Origin: Carcharhinus longimanus
Lineage: Eukaryota
Reading direction: 5' to 3'
Assembly: GCA_030264375.1 (NCBI GenBank)
Contig: JASCQW010000160.1
Coordinates: 17,351,920-17,415,919 of the forward strand
Length of the DNA stretch: 64,000 nucleotides
The notes below the pieces were generated by a model that was not told the DNA's origin, made no database searches, and saw only the letters and a list, made by a program, of their open reading frames with translations. Below, piece by piece: positions 25,140 to 36,794 of this stretch (position 1 is its first letter; each line of letters starts with the position of its first letter). The translations under genes were made by a program, and so were the position numbers.

Positions 25140-25630
25140 AGTCTGAATTTTCTTGGCCTCTTGGAGATGGGGGGGAATGGTAGGGGGCTGTATTAGATTG
25201 GCTGCCTGATGCGTTCCTACCTCCAGTGTTTCTCTGGGGTGAACTGGGAACTGTGATTGCTCTCCATGGAGGCAGGGGCCAATTACTGCAGTTGAGGCAC
25301 TGCCTAGGGGTCTATGTCATTAGAGTGGCCCTCCCACTACTGGGTGCAGAGGTTTCCAGGTAATTGGAGATGGTCTCCTGGTGGCCGGCCAGGGGACCAT
25401 TGGACTGGGAGGCTCAATGACAGGGCAGGAAGGGGATGGAGTGGTGAAAAGCCACAGTCTTTTCAGTGAATAGTTCCGCAGAGTGATTTTCCGTCAACCT
25501 ATGGACTTCAGGCCTCTTTAATATATAACTTCAATGCAGGTGGCAGAGATGCCTTTGTTCTTAACCATCTGCCTCTCCTGGTGAACCTGCTGACCTGACA
25601 TCTCTGTTGGTCCTCTGGTTGGGCCTGTTG
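25140..25630. mobile_element. Old GC-rich non-autonomous DNA-transposon-like sequence
   Basis: Begins gtctgaattttc, like the MITE termini, with a GC-rich interior resembling 51969-52790 and 42085-42600. Boundaries are approximate. Confidence 0.35.
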
Positions 25631-25632
25631 CA

Positions 25633-25771
25633 ATGTGGAGATGCCGGCGTTGGACTGGGGTAAACACAGTAAGAAGTCTCACAACACCAGGTTAAAGTCT
25701 AACAGGTTTATTTGGTACTTTACCACCAAATAATCCTGTTGGACTTTAACCTGGTGTTGTGAGGCTTCTTA
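25633..25771. mobile_element. Penelope-like pLTR inverted-repeat remnant
   Basis: A minus-strand copy (atgtggagatgccggcgttggactgggg..aacaccaggttaaag..tttatttggta) abuts a plus-strand copy (accaaataa..ggactttaacctggtgttgtgag) of the same tail seen at 29751-29801. Confidence 0.85.
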
Positions 25772-25802
25772 TAAGGACTGCTTAATCAGCATATACTTCG
25801 AA

Positions 25803-25960
25803 AAGAAAGAACTTGTATTCAGAGAGCACCTTGGAACAGCCCATAGTGCTTCACAATCAATGAGGTGCCTCTGAAGTGCAGTCACTGGTGTAGTGTAGGG
25901 AAATGGGGAGTGAATTTGCACACAGCAAGGTCCCACTAATCGCAATGCAATAATAGCCAA
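25803..25960 (-). mobile_element. Old SINE/L2-type 3' tail (DeuSINE-like)
   Basis: aagaaagaacttgtatt..gtgcttcaca..tgaagtgcagtcactg..aatttgcacacagcaaggtcccac. A related piece lies at 26860-26945. The family is assigned from recall. Confidence 0.45.
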
Positions 25961-26953
25961 AGCTGAGAGCTCCCTTCCCTGGTCTCAGTTAGTCACTGCC
26001 TCGAGGCTGCTCTGGAAAACATCTCCGACCGAAGGTTAACCGACAGAGGCCGTGAGCAGGACAGGGGAGAGAGCTGACGGAGCGGCTAATGCTAAAAATT
26101 GCCTCTGCAGCTGGGAGCACATATCGTTTTCAATTCTTTAACAAGGACAGATGCTTCCTGTCAAATACAGCAGGCTGCGCCTTGCAAGATGAAGCATTAA
26201 TGTTTAAGAAAGATGGTCTTATTAGAACGAGAAAGAAGAACATCAGTCATGTAAAAGACAGGTTAATAATGAAGATAAGAGGAGGAGGCCAGCCAGAGTG
26301 ACCCAAGTATTAGCCAGATCCTGTAAATTAACTCAAGAACCAAAGGCAGGCTGTGCCGAGACAGTTAGTAATGTGTGGGATGTTTCAGCCCCATGGTTTC
26401 ATGTCATATCACAACTCCAGGTCGCTGACAAGTTATAAATTATACTCGCATTGGGCAATCTCGCATCTTAGGCCGGAATTTTCACAAACCCTTTCCTTCC
26501 TCCCTCACTTTTCTTCCCTGGGAAAAATAATATTTGTGGAAATGGCAAACCTGGGAAGTGAAGGATGCGGATGTGGGTCCCACCACCTCATGTTGCAGCC
26601 ACTCTTCATGTGAAGCTGCTGCAATGACATTGGTTGGACTATTTAACAGTGCGAGGCAGCACCGCCAAGTATATTCATCCCTCTCTTCATATGTATATAG
26701 CTGTACACACACATTCCGAGAATACCGAGTGGGAGTGGGAAAACTGATTCATTTCCCACGTTCTACCCCCCCCCCAACCTTCCCAAGCTCGGGTAGGGGG
26801 GAACCGAGCCCAATCTTAGTGAGACTGGACCTTGGCACTGACTGGGGAAAGAGAGTCACACAGCCTCTGTCATGACCTCAGGACATCCCGAGGCATCTTA
26901 CAGCGAGTGAATCTCTTTTTGAAGTGTTTTATTGTAGGGAATGCAAATTATGT

Positions 26954-27044
26954 CATAGGGGTTTGCAGCATGGAAACAGGCCCTTCGGCCCAACTTGTCC
27001 ATGCTGCCCCTTTTATTAACCCCTAAGCTAGTCCCAATTGCCCA
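26954..27044 (-). mobile_element. CR1 3' tail running into a gap
   Basis: cagcatggaaacaggcccttcggcccaacttgtccatg..gctagtcccaatt is the reverse complement of the 14115-14185 tail. Confidence 0.75.
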
Positions 27045-27144
27045 NNNNNNNNNNNNNNNNNNNNNNNNNNNNNNNNNNNNNNNNNNNNNNNNNNNNNNNN
27101 NNNNNNNNNNNNNNNNNNNNNNNNNNNNNNNNNNNNNNNNNNNN

Positions 27145-27405
27145 CCATGTGCTGTGGGTTGACCCACAATGCCGTTAGGGAGGAAATTCCAGGATTTTGA
27201 CCCAGCGAATGCAAAGGAACAGTGATGTATTTCCAAATTAGGATGGTGAGTGGCTTGGGAGGGAACTTTCAGGTGATGGTGTTCCCATGTATCCGCTGCC
27301 CTTGACCTTCTAGATGGGAATGGTAGTGGGTTTGGAAGGTGCTGCATAAGAATCTTTGGTGAATTGCTGCAGTGCGTCTTGTAGATGGTACACACACTGC
27401 TGCTA
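27145..27405 (-). mobile_element. Non-LTR LINE 3' region (clade uncertain), same family as 36795-37600
   Basis: ttccaggattttgacccagcga..aaggaac..gctgcccttg..cttctagatgg..tggtgaattgctgcagtgcgtcttgtagatggtaca matches 36911-37105. Confidence 0.75.
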
Positions 27406-28440
27406 TTGAGTCTCAGTACTGTCATTGTGGAGAGACAGTGAGTGTTACATAGAAAGGGTTGAAGCTTCCTTATAGGAATTAATATTCAGTCAAGCAACGG
27501 CAAAGCATAAACCAAATCAATAGAAACACGAGAGAGCCGTTATTCTCCAAAGTACAATATAGAATAACATAAAAGTTGAAACTACAGCTAAATAATTAAG
27601 TATTTCAGCAGCTTTGATTCAGTTTTTGGTCACATGGTCCCCTGATATCATTGGATCATTTGCTCTGAAAGGCTTTCGCACCAACAGGATATTGGATCTT
27701 TTTTTAGCTTCACAAGATTTCATGTTGCATCAAACACCCAATTAAAACATTAGGGAGAGGCCACAAGTGAGCCGAGAAGATTTGAGACAAAAGTAACACA
27801 TAAATGTTCACTTTGTTTGGCTGAGATGCGTGGACAGTAACCAGAGGTATTCATTTTAACGAGTCGCCCAAAAGGGTCTTGCCAATTAACTGACAAATTT
27901 CCATTTTCTCAAATTAATTGATGTCGTATATCAATTGTCACAACTTCTGGTTCGGAATTTACTCACCGTGCTTGGTGAGACTCTGGCAACAAATTAGTGC
28001 ACTGGCAATTACGCAGGTGGATTCTAAATCAGGACCCTTTTGGCTAAGTTTCCACACTGTCATGGATCAACTGTCATTCCCAATCAATCTGAGGCCTTGC
28101 ATCTGTGCAGTCACAGCATCCACACCATTTGAGTATTTCCAAATCCCATAGTGTGCACTCCTATTGTACCAATAAAAGAGGGAAGTCAGAACTGCCTGAC
28201 AATAATTGAAATATTTTACCTTGGAGCCTGCAGACTAAATAAATTTTCTAGGAAAGAGATTGGAGTTATAGAAGAGCTCATGAAATATTCTTAAGGTTTG
28301 CTCCAATGTAAATTGTAAGACCAACAACAGCTGGGAAATACTACATGGTACATGCCTCTAGAGCCTTCAGGTTTTTCAATGGGTGCCTTTTTTACTTTGG
28401 TAGACCACACAGGACTTTGATATGCTCCATACCAAATAAT

Positions 28441-28796
28441 ATAGAATCATAGAATCCCTACAGTGCAAAAAGAGGCCATTCGGCCCGTTGAGCCTACACC
28501 GACAACAATCCCAACCCGGCCCTATCGCTGTAACCCCTCATATTTACCCTGCAAATCCCACAACACTAACAGGCAAATTAGAGTAGCCGACCAACCTAAC
28601 CTGCACATCTCTGGACCGTGGGAGAAAACTAGAGCACACGGAGGAAACCCCACACAGATACAGGGAGTGGAATTTTCCAGTCAGGCTGGTCCAAAAACCA
28701 GGAATTCCCGTCCGACCGTCAATGACGTTTCACATTCTCCACAACCCACCTCTAAAATTCCAGTGGTGGGGTGGGAGAATTCCAACCGTGCAACAT
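28441..28796 (-). mobile_element. HE1-like SINE (truncated) with a MITE inserted at about 28663-28787
   Basis: atagaatcatagaatccctacagtgca..ggaggaaaccccacacagatacag, then ggagtggaattttcc..ggagaattccaacc, then gtgcaa resumes the SINE. Confidence 0.8.
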
Positions 28797-29801
28797 TCAT
28801 GTCGAGAAACCGCACCGACTTCTTCAGAAGGCAAACATGGAACACAAGCAACAAAGTATCCGTCATGGTCCAGTACTTCCCCAAAGCAGAGAAAATACGA
28901 CATCTTCTCCAGAACCATCAACATGTCATCGACGAAGACGAACATCTCACCAAGGCCATCCCCACACCCCCACTACTTGCCTTCAAACAATCATGCAACC
29001 TCAAACAAACCACTGTTCACAGCAAACTACCCAGCCTTCAGGAGAACAGCGACCACAACACCACACAACCCTGCCATAGCAACCTCTGCAAGACATGCCG
29101 GATCATCGACATGGATGCCGTCATCTCATGTGAGAACACCATCCACCAGGTACACAGCACATACTTTTGCAACTCGGCCAATGTTGTCTACGTGATATGC
29201 TGCAGGGGGGGATGTCCCGAAGCATGGTATATCGGGGAGACCATGTAGACGCTACGACAACGGATGAATGAACACCGCTAGACAATCACCAGGTAAGACT
29301 GTTTCCTTCCTGTTGGCGAACACTTCAGCGGCCATGGGCATTCGGCCTCTGATCTTCAAGTAAATGTTCTCCAAGGCGGCCTTCATGACATACGACAGCG
29401 CAGAGTTGCTGAGCAGAAACTTATTGCCAAGTTCCGCACACATGAGGACGGTTTCAACCAGGATCTTGGATTCATGTCACACTATCTGTAACCCCCATGA
29501 CTTGCCTGAACTTGCAACATTTCACTTACTGTCCTGTCTGGAGACAATACACATCTCTTTAACCCATGCTTAATGCTATCTCCACGCACATTGTCTGCAC
29601 TTTTAAGACTTGAATAGCAGATTAGCTGTAAATATTCGCATTCTAATCAGTATTCGGTAAACTGTGTGTGCCTTTATATGCCCTGTTTGTGATCAGAATT
29701 CTCTACTCACCTGAAGAAGGAACAGCGTTCTGAAAGCTAGTGGTGTTTCCTACCAAATAAACCTGTTGCACTTTAACCTGGTGTTGTGAGACTTCTTACT
29801 G
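28797..29801 (+). mobile_element. Penelope-like element: 3' part of ORF with GIY-YIG endonuclease, plus pLTR
   Basis: PLLAFKQSCNLKQ, PCHSNLCKTC, CNSANVVYVICC..CPEAWYIGET(M*)TLRQRMNEHR..PVGEHF..AEQKLIAKFRTHEDGFNQD. Internal stops are present, followed by the pLTR tail. Confidence 0.9.
29706..29743 (+). ncRNA. Minimal type I hammerhead ribozyme motif in the Penelope pLTR
   Basis: cac-CUGAAGA-a-ggaac-agc-guucu-GAAA-GCUA-gug: conserved core, helix II, palindromic AGCU helix III and helix I cac/gug. Confidence 0.75.
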
Positions 29802-30783
29802 GACCTGTTGCCTCAGGAACGCATCTGCCATCCTCAGCTGGACAGCAAGCACAGAGGAGGCTAATTAGGAGGCCAGTGGGCCCACCGCTCATATGAATCC
29901 AATGTTGGAGTTCCAATGCCCCCTGAAAATCCCAGCCCAATGAGCCAATTTTCCCATTTCTAGCATGCATTGAATTATTAAAAATCTACCAAGATGCTAA
30001 CAATCAAAATTGACCTTTTTGCTAATTTTCTGTCTTCTCTTGGTGGAAGTGCTGACTCCTACTGGGTTGGGATTCCATTGGCATCAGTTGCCTTTCAGAC
30101 CTTTCCTCATGTATGAGACTGCACAGTGTTGGGAGATTATTCAGCTGAACGGACATCACAGCCGAGGCGAATACAATCCTCACCCAACATTTACGTTGCT
30201 AGCAGTCATTGGGAATCCCGACTAAATGTTCTCTACCTAGCTCTGAAGTGGCAAAGACAATTATTGAGTCTTGGCAGCTGTTCAAGTAGGGATGAAGAAA
30301 ACAAATGTGTATAGATTGGGACGCTTGGCTCTATGTGTTTCACCTGTACACTGCTTTCAGAAACGGTGTACTATGGATCTAAGAGGGATTAGCTTTCCAT
30401 CACAGTGAAAAGCTGTATTGGAAAATACAGATACCAATTCTGGTACAAATGAACAATTGTACCAAAGAACAAAATCCTAGAATACATCCTCAGTAAGTAT
30501 TCAATGCCTTTGGTACTTAATGAAAAGGTAAAAATTTACTTAAAATAAAAGTTTAAAGCTATCTTAAGACTGTATCCTTTATTACTTAGCTGTTTCCCTC
30601 ATTTCTCTGCATATCTTTGTCACATATTTTATCCTGAGTTAGAAGCCAGATCTGTACCCAAAACCACATGCACGTGTAGTTCTGCACATGCTTGCTAGGA
30701 AGTTAGGTGTAACAAATTGATCAGTGTTAACGAGCACATCAGCTTTCTTCTCCCCCCACCCCCCGCTTTAAGGAATTATAACA

Positions 30784-30908
30784 GGTGGGATTTTCCAGCC
30801 GCGCTCGCCCTAAGACCGGAAAATCTCACTCCGGGTCAATGGACCTTTGCATGGTCCTGTCCCGCCTGCTACGATTCCTATGGCAGACAGGATGGGAAAA
30901 TTCCACTC
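30784..30908. mobile_element. Palindromic MITE
   Basis: ggtgggattttcc..gtcaatggacctttgcatggtcc..gggaaaattccac. Confidence 0.75.
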
Positions 30909-31049
30909 TTAGCCTCTGTTCAACAATTCCAAATAGCAGCTTGGCTGATATAGAAACCTCCCCAGCTTGTTACTTCACCAGGTAACACAAATAGAAATCC
31001 ATTGGGTGGCAAGACCAACGAGGGGGGTGTCATTATCTGAGGATGACTA

Positions 31050-31185
31050 AGGCCGGAATTCTACAACCACGTCTGTGGCTGGGATTCTCCGGTCCTGCTG
31101 CTGTGAATGGAGATTTGGCTGAGTACCAAGTACACCGTTTTCAGTGGGAGCAGAGGTGGGGCGTACGATATCAGAATATTCCAGT
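31050..31185. mobile_element. Palindromic MITE
   Basis: ggccggaattct..gggattctccggtcctgctgctgtgaatggagatttggctgag..tattccag. Confidence 0.7.
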
Positions 31186-31636
31186 TTAACACAATGCTGA
31201 ACTTTGAAAACAGCTGCTTAATTTGATTTGACATTACCTACAAACACGCTTATCTAATTCTGAGGGTAAAATGCAGCTTTAGGGCAGTAGATACATTTAC
31301 AAACCTGTGTTGAGGTGGATAGCCCTCTGCCATAATCATAAAAATAATTGGTTTTCTATTAAGTCTGATGATGAAGACTCGAACACGATTGTAAGACTAT
31401 ATCAGAAAGTGCAGATAAATTGGATCGATGAAAAAATATTAGAATACATCCTCAATAAATATGCCAATGCCTTTAAAATGTAATATGTATTTTTACTGAA
31501 AATATTAAACTGAATGAGATCACAAGTGCAAACCCCAAAATGCATGTTTGACGTTATAAAGCCAGTCAAAAAAGGTCAGTTTGAAAAGTGCACTATATCA
31601 GTGAGCTATCCGAAGTACAAAATAATGTCAATATTC

Positions 31637-31932
31637 ATAGAATCCCAGTGCAGAAGGAGGCCATTTGGCCCATCGAGCCTGCACCAACAACACTCCCACC
31701 CAGGCTCTATCCCCATAACGCCATATATTTACCATGCTGGCCACCCTAACACTAAGGGGCAATTTAGCACAGCCAGTCAACCTAATTTACACCTTAGGGG
31801 GAAATTGGAGCACCTGGAGGAAGTCCACACAGGCACAGGGAGAGTGTGCAAACTCCACACAGTCACCCAAGGCCAGAATTCAACCCCGGTCTCTGGTGCT
31901 GTGAGGCAGCAATGCTAACCACTGTGTCACCC
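31637..31932 (-). mobile_element. HE1-like V-SINE
   Basis: catagaatcccagtgcagaaggaggccatt..gtgcaaactccacacagtcaccc..gctgtgaggcagcaatgctaaccactgtgtcacc. Confidence 0.85.
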
Positions 31933-32406
31933 ATATATGCTATTGGCTTTCCATTAGGTTTGATGATGAAGACTAGAACATGAATGTAAGACTACATCAG
32001 AAAATACAGAGAGCAATGTCATCATACATGGTGCAAGAACAAAAAAAAGCCCACTTGTTTTGTCAAGCTTACCTCCTTTTCAAGACAAAAGGGCAAACTC
32101 TAATCTCATGACAATTGGAGTAGAGTAATATCAAACCTTGGAACTGGAAAAGTGCAAATTTTGAGGCAGAAATGGCAATATCAGTGAGCATGCAAGCATG
32201 AATGGTCCAGAGATTATTGCACAATACCTTATTTTCTAGACCTTGGTCGCATCACCAAGGTTTGCAGTACAACTTGGTGCTTACACACGATGTGACCTTG
32301 GGCTGCAAAACACGAATTGTGCAATTAATTGCACAGCCTTTCCTCAGATAGAAATCATGCCACGGCTTTCTTGACCAATTTTAAGTGAGAAGGTGCTCAA
32401 GACATA

Positions 32407-32531
32407 AGGCCGGAATTCTCCAACTTTCTCGGGGCTGGGGCTCTCCAGTCCTGCTGCAGCGAACGGAGCGGCAAGCTCTCCGTTCTCAGTAACAGTAGTG
32501 GCGAGGTGCACAAGACGGGAAAATTCTGGTC
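32407..32531. mobile_element. Palindromic MITE
   Basis: ggccggaattctcc..cctgctgcagcgaacggag..gggaaaattctggtc. Confidence 0.7.
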
Positions 32532-33754
32532 TTAGTCCTTGAGTCACCCTCTCGTCCTCTGTATCTTGATTTATTTCATTAAGCCATGCATTGTTTTCGA
32601 AACCTTTGTGTCTGATCGAAGAAGTCAAGTGCACTGGAAAGACATAGTAATTATCTGTAATCAATTAGTCACTTTCAATTTGGCATTGTTTAATTAAAAT
32701 TAGGTTATTAAGGTTATATAAATTGGCAATCTTTTTGCTATATGTATTTTTGGCTAATTCCAAGCAAAGGTTTGATATTAAAATGTAGATACCACTGGGG
32801 AAGGTGCAGAGTATATACATGAATATCAAAGCAAGGCACAATATTTCTCATTGTTACTCTCAAATCAGCCCAGAGGAAGAAGTGAAAGTCTCTTTCTGAT
32901 GGTAGTTAAAGGTCTGGAATGAAATGAGTTTGCAAAATCTTGGGTAATTCCTCATGGGCGCAGAACCACAGCATAACATTGCTCACAATTCAATATTAAT
33001 TGGACATTCTCACCCAGAAATGCCAGAGGGTGGTTAATATAAACAAAGAAACTCTCATATGAAGTGAAGTTAAGGATTCTGTTCTGGGTTTGAGTTTAAC
33101 AGTGAAACATATTTTGCAGGATTACAGAGGGAATTCTACACTGCTGATAACAATTGTGACAATTGATGTTGGAGTGAATGCTGTTGACACTGTCAGCAAT
33201 AAGCACTCTTGTGGGATGTGACTTTTCATAGAGTGAACTGCATGCAGATGAATTCCCTCTGCGACATCAACTCTGATGATGAATATAAAGCCAAGCAAAG
33301 TTATTGGAAGCAGCATATTTCTGCTTTTTTTCATACAAAATATGTCTCATTACATTGTATTTACACGTATTCAGAGTTGACAATGTCAAGTTTATTTTTG
33401 AAATTATTCCAGTTAATTTTGGCAGTGGATTGGTTGAAAAAAAGATCATTTTCAAAAGCTAGCCTTTTTACTTTCCTACAGCAGTTAGTATTGTGCAACA
33501 TTTCAATGGTTCTGTTTTTTGCCTTTTCACAAAAAGGTAAGGACTAAGTTCTCTCCGAAAGCTACCTCTGGATTTACAGAATCAATGCTACCTGTTGGCG
33601 AACAGTCTTTAGTTGATGGCTCACTCTGAGGCTCTGAGAACTGTATGCCAAGGAAGTCCTCGGCTTAAAGGCTGCTCAGTGCTCTGTCAAGGAAGTTAGT
33701 AATAAAATTCCCAACATTGTCTGTTCAGGAGGGGGAAAGTGACCATGGTTTTCC

Positions 33755-34106
33755 TTTTTTTTAATTCATTCGTGGGACATGGGCATCGCTGGCTGGCTAA
33801 CATTTATTGCCCACTCCTAGTTACTCAAGGGCAGTTGAGAGTCAACCACATTACTGTGGCACATGTAGGCCAGGCCAGGTAAGGACTGCAGATTTCCTTC
33901 CCTAAAGGACATTAGTGAACCAGATGGCTTTTTCCAACAATTGACGATGGTTTCATGGTCATCAGTAGATTCTTAATCCCAAATATTTTTTATTGAATTC
34001 GAATTCCAACATATGCCATCATGGGATTTGAACCCCAGACCCAGAACATTTGCTGAGTTTCTGGATCAATATTCTAGCGATAATACCACTCGGCCATCGC
34101 CTCCCC
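33755..34106 (-). mobile_element. tRNA-derived SINE of a second family
   Basis: The minus strand starts ggggaggcgatggccgagtgg (A-box) with ggttcaaatccc (B-box). The body is tggttcactaatgtcctttagggaaggaaatctgc, and the tail gggcaataaatg is shared with the LINE at 36795. Confidence 0.8.
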
Positions 34107-34139
34107 AATATTCAGTGACCTCCTCTGGGAATTCACTGG

Positions 34140-34590
34140 CATGATATCTGGGATGAAAAATTGTCGATATGAGGAGCAACCTTAGATACTGGAATTATTT
34201 TTGCTGGGCCAGAGGAATCTAAGAGCAGAATAAATAGCATCTTTTAAAATAATTTAAGGGTTATGATAAAGTGACAGTGGAAAGACTATTTCCTCTGAAT
34301 TGGCATGCCAATTCAGCAAAGATGGGTCATCAATTTAAAATGACCACTAAGAGAATAAAAATAATGATTAGGCACTTCTGTTTATAGCATAGTTGGTAGA
34401 GCAACCACTGTGCCACGGGGAATGGTTGAAGCAGAACCAATTAAGAGTAGAGCAGGCAAATATTTGGATTAGAGGAAATAGAGGTGATCGAGGAAAAGAA
34501 GCACACTTGTGGGATTAGTTTTGGACTTCTGGAATAAAGAGTTGGCACAATGATGATGCTCCTTCTGTGCTGTAAGGTTATATAAGGTTG
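34140..34590 (+). mobile_element. Degenerate CR1 3' end
   Basis: tatgaggagcaacctt..ctggaattattt..agaggaatctaagag..aaagactatttcctctg..ctccttctgtgctgtaa. Confidence 0.55.
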
Positions 34591-34631
34591 TAGGCGAGGA
34601 TAGACTTGTCCTGGCCCACACAGTTAAATTA

Positions 34632-34980
34632 TGGCATGGTGGCCTTGTGACTAGCATTGCTACCTCACAGCACCAGAGATCCGGCTTCAATTCTGGCCTC
34701 AAGTCACTGTCTGTGTGAAGTTTGTACATTCTGTCCGTGTCTGTGTGGGTTTTCTCTGGGTGCTTTGGTTTCCTCCCACAGTCCAAAGATGTGCAGGTTA
34801 GGTGGATTGGCCATGGTAAAATTGTCCCAAGAAATGTAAGGTAGGAGGATTAGTGGGGTAAATACATGGGGTAATAAGGATAGAGCGGGAGGGAGGGCCT
34901 GGATAAGATACTCTGTGAGAGAATCGGTGAAGGCTTGATGGGCCAAATGGCCTCCTTCTGAACTGTAAGGATTCTATGAT
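34632..34980 (+). mobile_element. HE1-like V-SINE
   Basis: tggcatggtggc..gctacctcacagcaccagaga..ggtttcctcccacagtccaaagatgtgcaggttagg..ggattctatgat. Confidence 0.85.
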
Positions 34981-36049
34981 CACTTTATGATGCTCATTGT
35001 CAAAGTTCAGATCTGAAAATAGTCACTTGAGTGAAGTATTGAAGAGGTGTCATGACCAAATCCTAGTGTGAGCCATTGCCTTTAGGAAAGTAATGTGTCA
35101 GAGAAAGTTTTTAAAAGCACAAATATGAAGCGATACATTTTCTCACATAAAACAGAATTAAGCAACCAAAATAACACCAATAATTAAATGAAATGCTGAA
35201 ATGCACAGTGGGCAGAAGCAGTGACAAATTAAGTGAAAAAAAATACAATTTATTTGACAATAACTGAGATCTTTCTTACCAGGCAACCCTGCAGACCAAT
35301 TGTATAATCCAAAAAGGAATCAAAATTGGGACTTGCTTTCTAAATTATGATCTGGAGACTGAGTTCCTCTTTGAGTTTTGAGCTTTTAAATGGACATCAC
35401 AGACTGCATATGGAGAACCCTATGAGGTTTAAAATGTTAGACACTCTGATGATAGGGATCCATCAGTACCCCAGCATTCCTCATGACTGCCCAGTTTACT
35501 ATGGGCGCAGTATCTTTGGGAATGTTGGAAGGAGGATGCAAAGGCTACAATAGGAGATCAGGAAATCCCCTTGGAGATTCCACCCATTCTGTTCTAGTCA
35601 ATTGAACAGTCTGTTCAATCAACGCACGGCACAATGTGTTGTAAAGTATTTCATTTTAACATGCTGAAAACTGCGGCTGGATTTAACCAGCGTGAGCAGA
35701 TGGATTAGGTAGGACTTAATCTCACATCAAGAAGACCACAAATATGATTTACAAAAATAACAGGGCAACCAGATCCACTGAATGATTAGAGTAATTAGAA
35801 TAACTAGAGTTACGTAACAATTGGTAGGTATTGGTAGTATTCCACACAGATCTGATTTTAGACAGCAGTTAGATTGGAATTTCATAAGGCCTGTCTTATG
35901 AAGTCTCTTGCATTGCTGGCAGGCCAGAGTTATACTCTTAACTGTGTATCCACCCATGTCACGTCACAATCAGCTAGAAAGGAGTTCTGCACATGGGTGA
36001 ATGGATGTGGATCACGAGCTCTGTTTTGTCAGTGGCTAATTTTTCAATG

Positions 36050-36545
36050 AATTTGACTTGATTTATTGTTGTCACATATTAGTATACAGTGAAAAGTATT
36101 GTTTCTTGCGCGTTATACAGATAAAACATATGGTACATAGAGAAGGAACGGAGAGGGTGCAGAATGCAGTCATAGCTATGGTATAGAGAAAGATCAACTT
36201 AATATAAGGCAGGTCCATTCAAAAGTCTGATGGCTGCAGGGAAGAAGTTGTTCTTGAGTTGGTTGATAAGTGACCTCTGACTTTTGTATCTTTTTCCCAA
36301 TGGAAGAAGATGGGTGAGAGTATGTCCAGGTTGCATGGGGTCCTTGATTATGCGGACTGCTTTTCTGAGGCAGGGAGAAGTATAGACAGAGTCAATGGAT
36401 GGAAGGCTGGTTTGCGTAATAGACTGGGCTTTGTTCACAATGCTTTGTAGTTTCTTGCAGTCTTGGTCAGAGCAAGAGCTGTGATGCATAGGGAGATGAT
36501 GTTTTCTATGGTGCATCTGTAAACATTGGTGAAAGTCGTAGTGGA
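36050..36545 (-). mobile_element. Rex1/Babar-type LINE 3' end
   Basis: TNVYRCTIENII..CSDQDCKKLQSIVNKAQSITQTSLPSIDSVYTSPCLRKAVRIIKDPMQPGH..LLPLGKRYKS..LKNNFFPAAIRLLN, a typical Rex1/Babar C-terminus. Confidence 0.85.
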
Positions 36546-36794
36546 CATGAAAATGTACCTCAGGGGAATATCTCTTCCATACAAAGATCCCATGCATTCC
36601 AATAGATTGCCTGGGTGCTGATTTTGATCTTTCATCTTGCCAAAGTTGCAATGAACTTGAACCAATGTGAGACAATCTTCTACCAGTGTTTTACATTGTT
36701 GGACATGAGTAATCCTTGGTATCACATCAAGATCTGACACTGATGTTATATTGCTAATCACATGCTTCATTAATTCAATGGATGTTAGTTTCAC

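Noticed and set aside
27967-28160. Minus-strand exon-like segment ending CACG|gtgagt
   Set aside because: All frames from the best acceptor contain stops.
28463-29248. 261-aa ORF that looks like a novel fusion protein
   Set aside because: It is chance read-through across an antisense SINE, a MITE and the Penelope ORF. It has no ATG start and ends at a premature stop within the GIY-YIG domain.
33122-33334. ORF with a signal-peptide-like N-terminus (MKKSRNMLLPITLLGFIFII)
   Set aside because: It is short and intronic, with no splice or promoter support and no recognisable family.
35280-35339. 60-nt open segment KASPNFDSFLDYTIGLQGCL with a gtaag donor
   Set aside because: The acceptor is weak, and the phase-1 frame needed between the flanking exons contains a stop.
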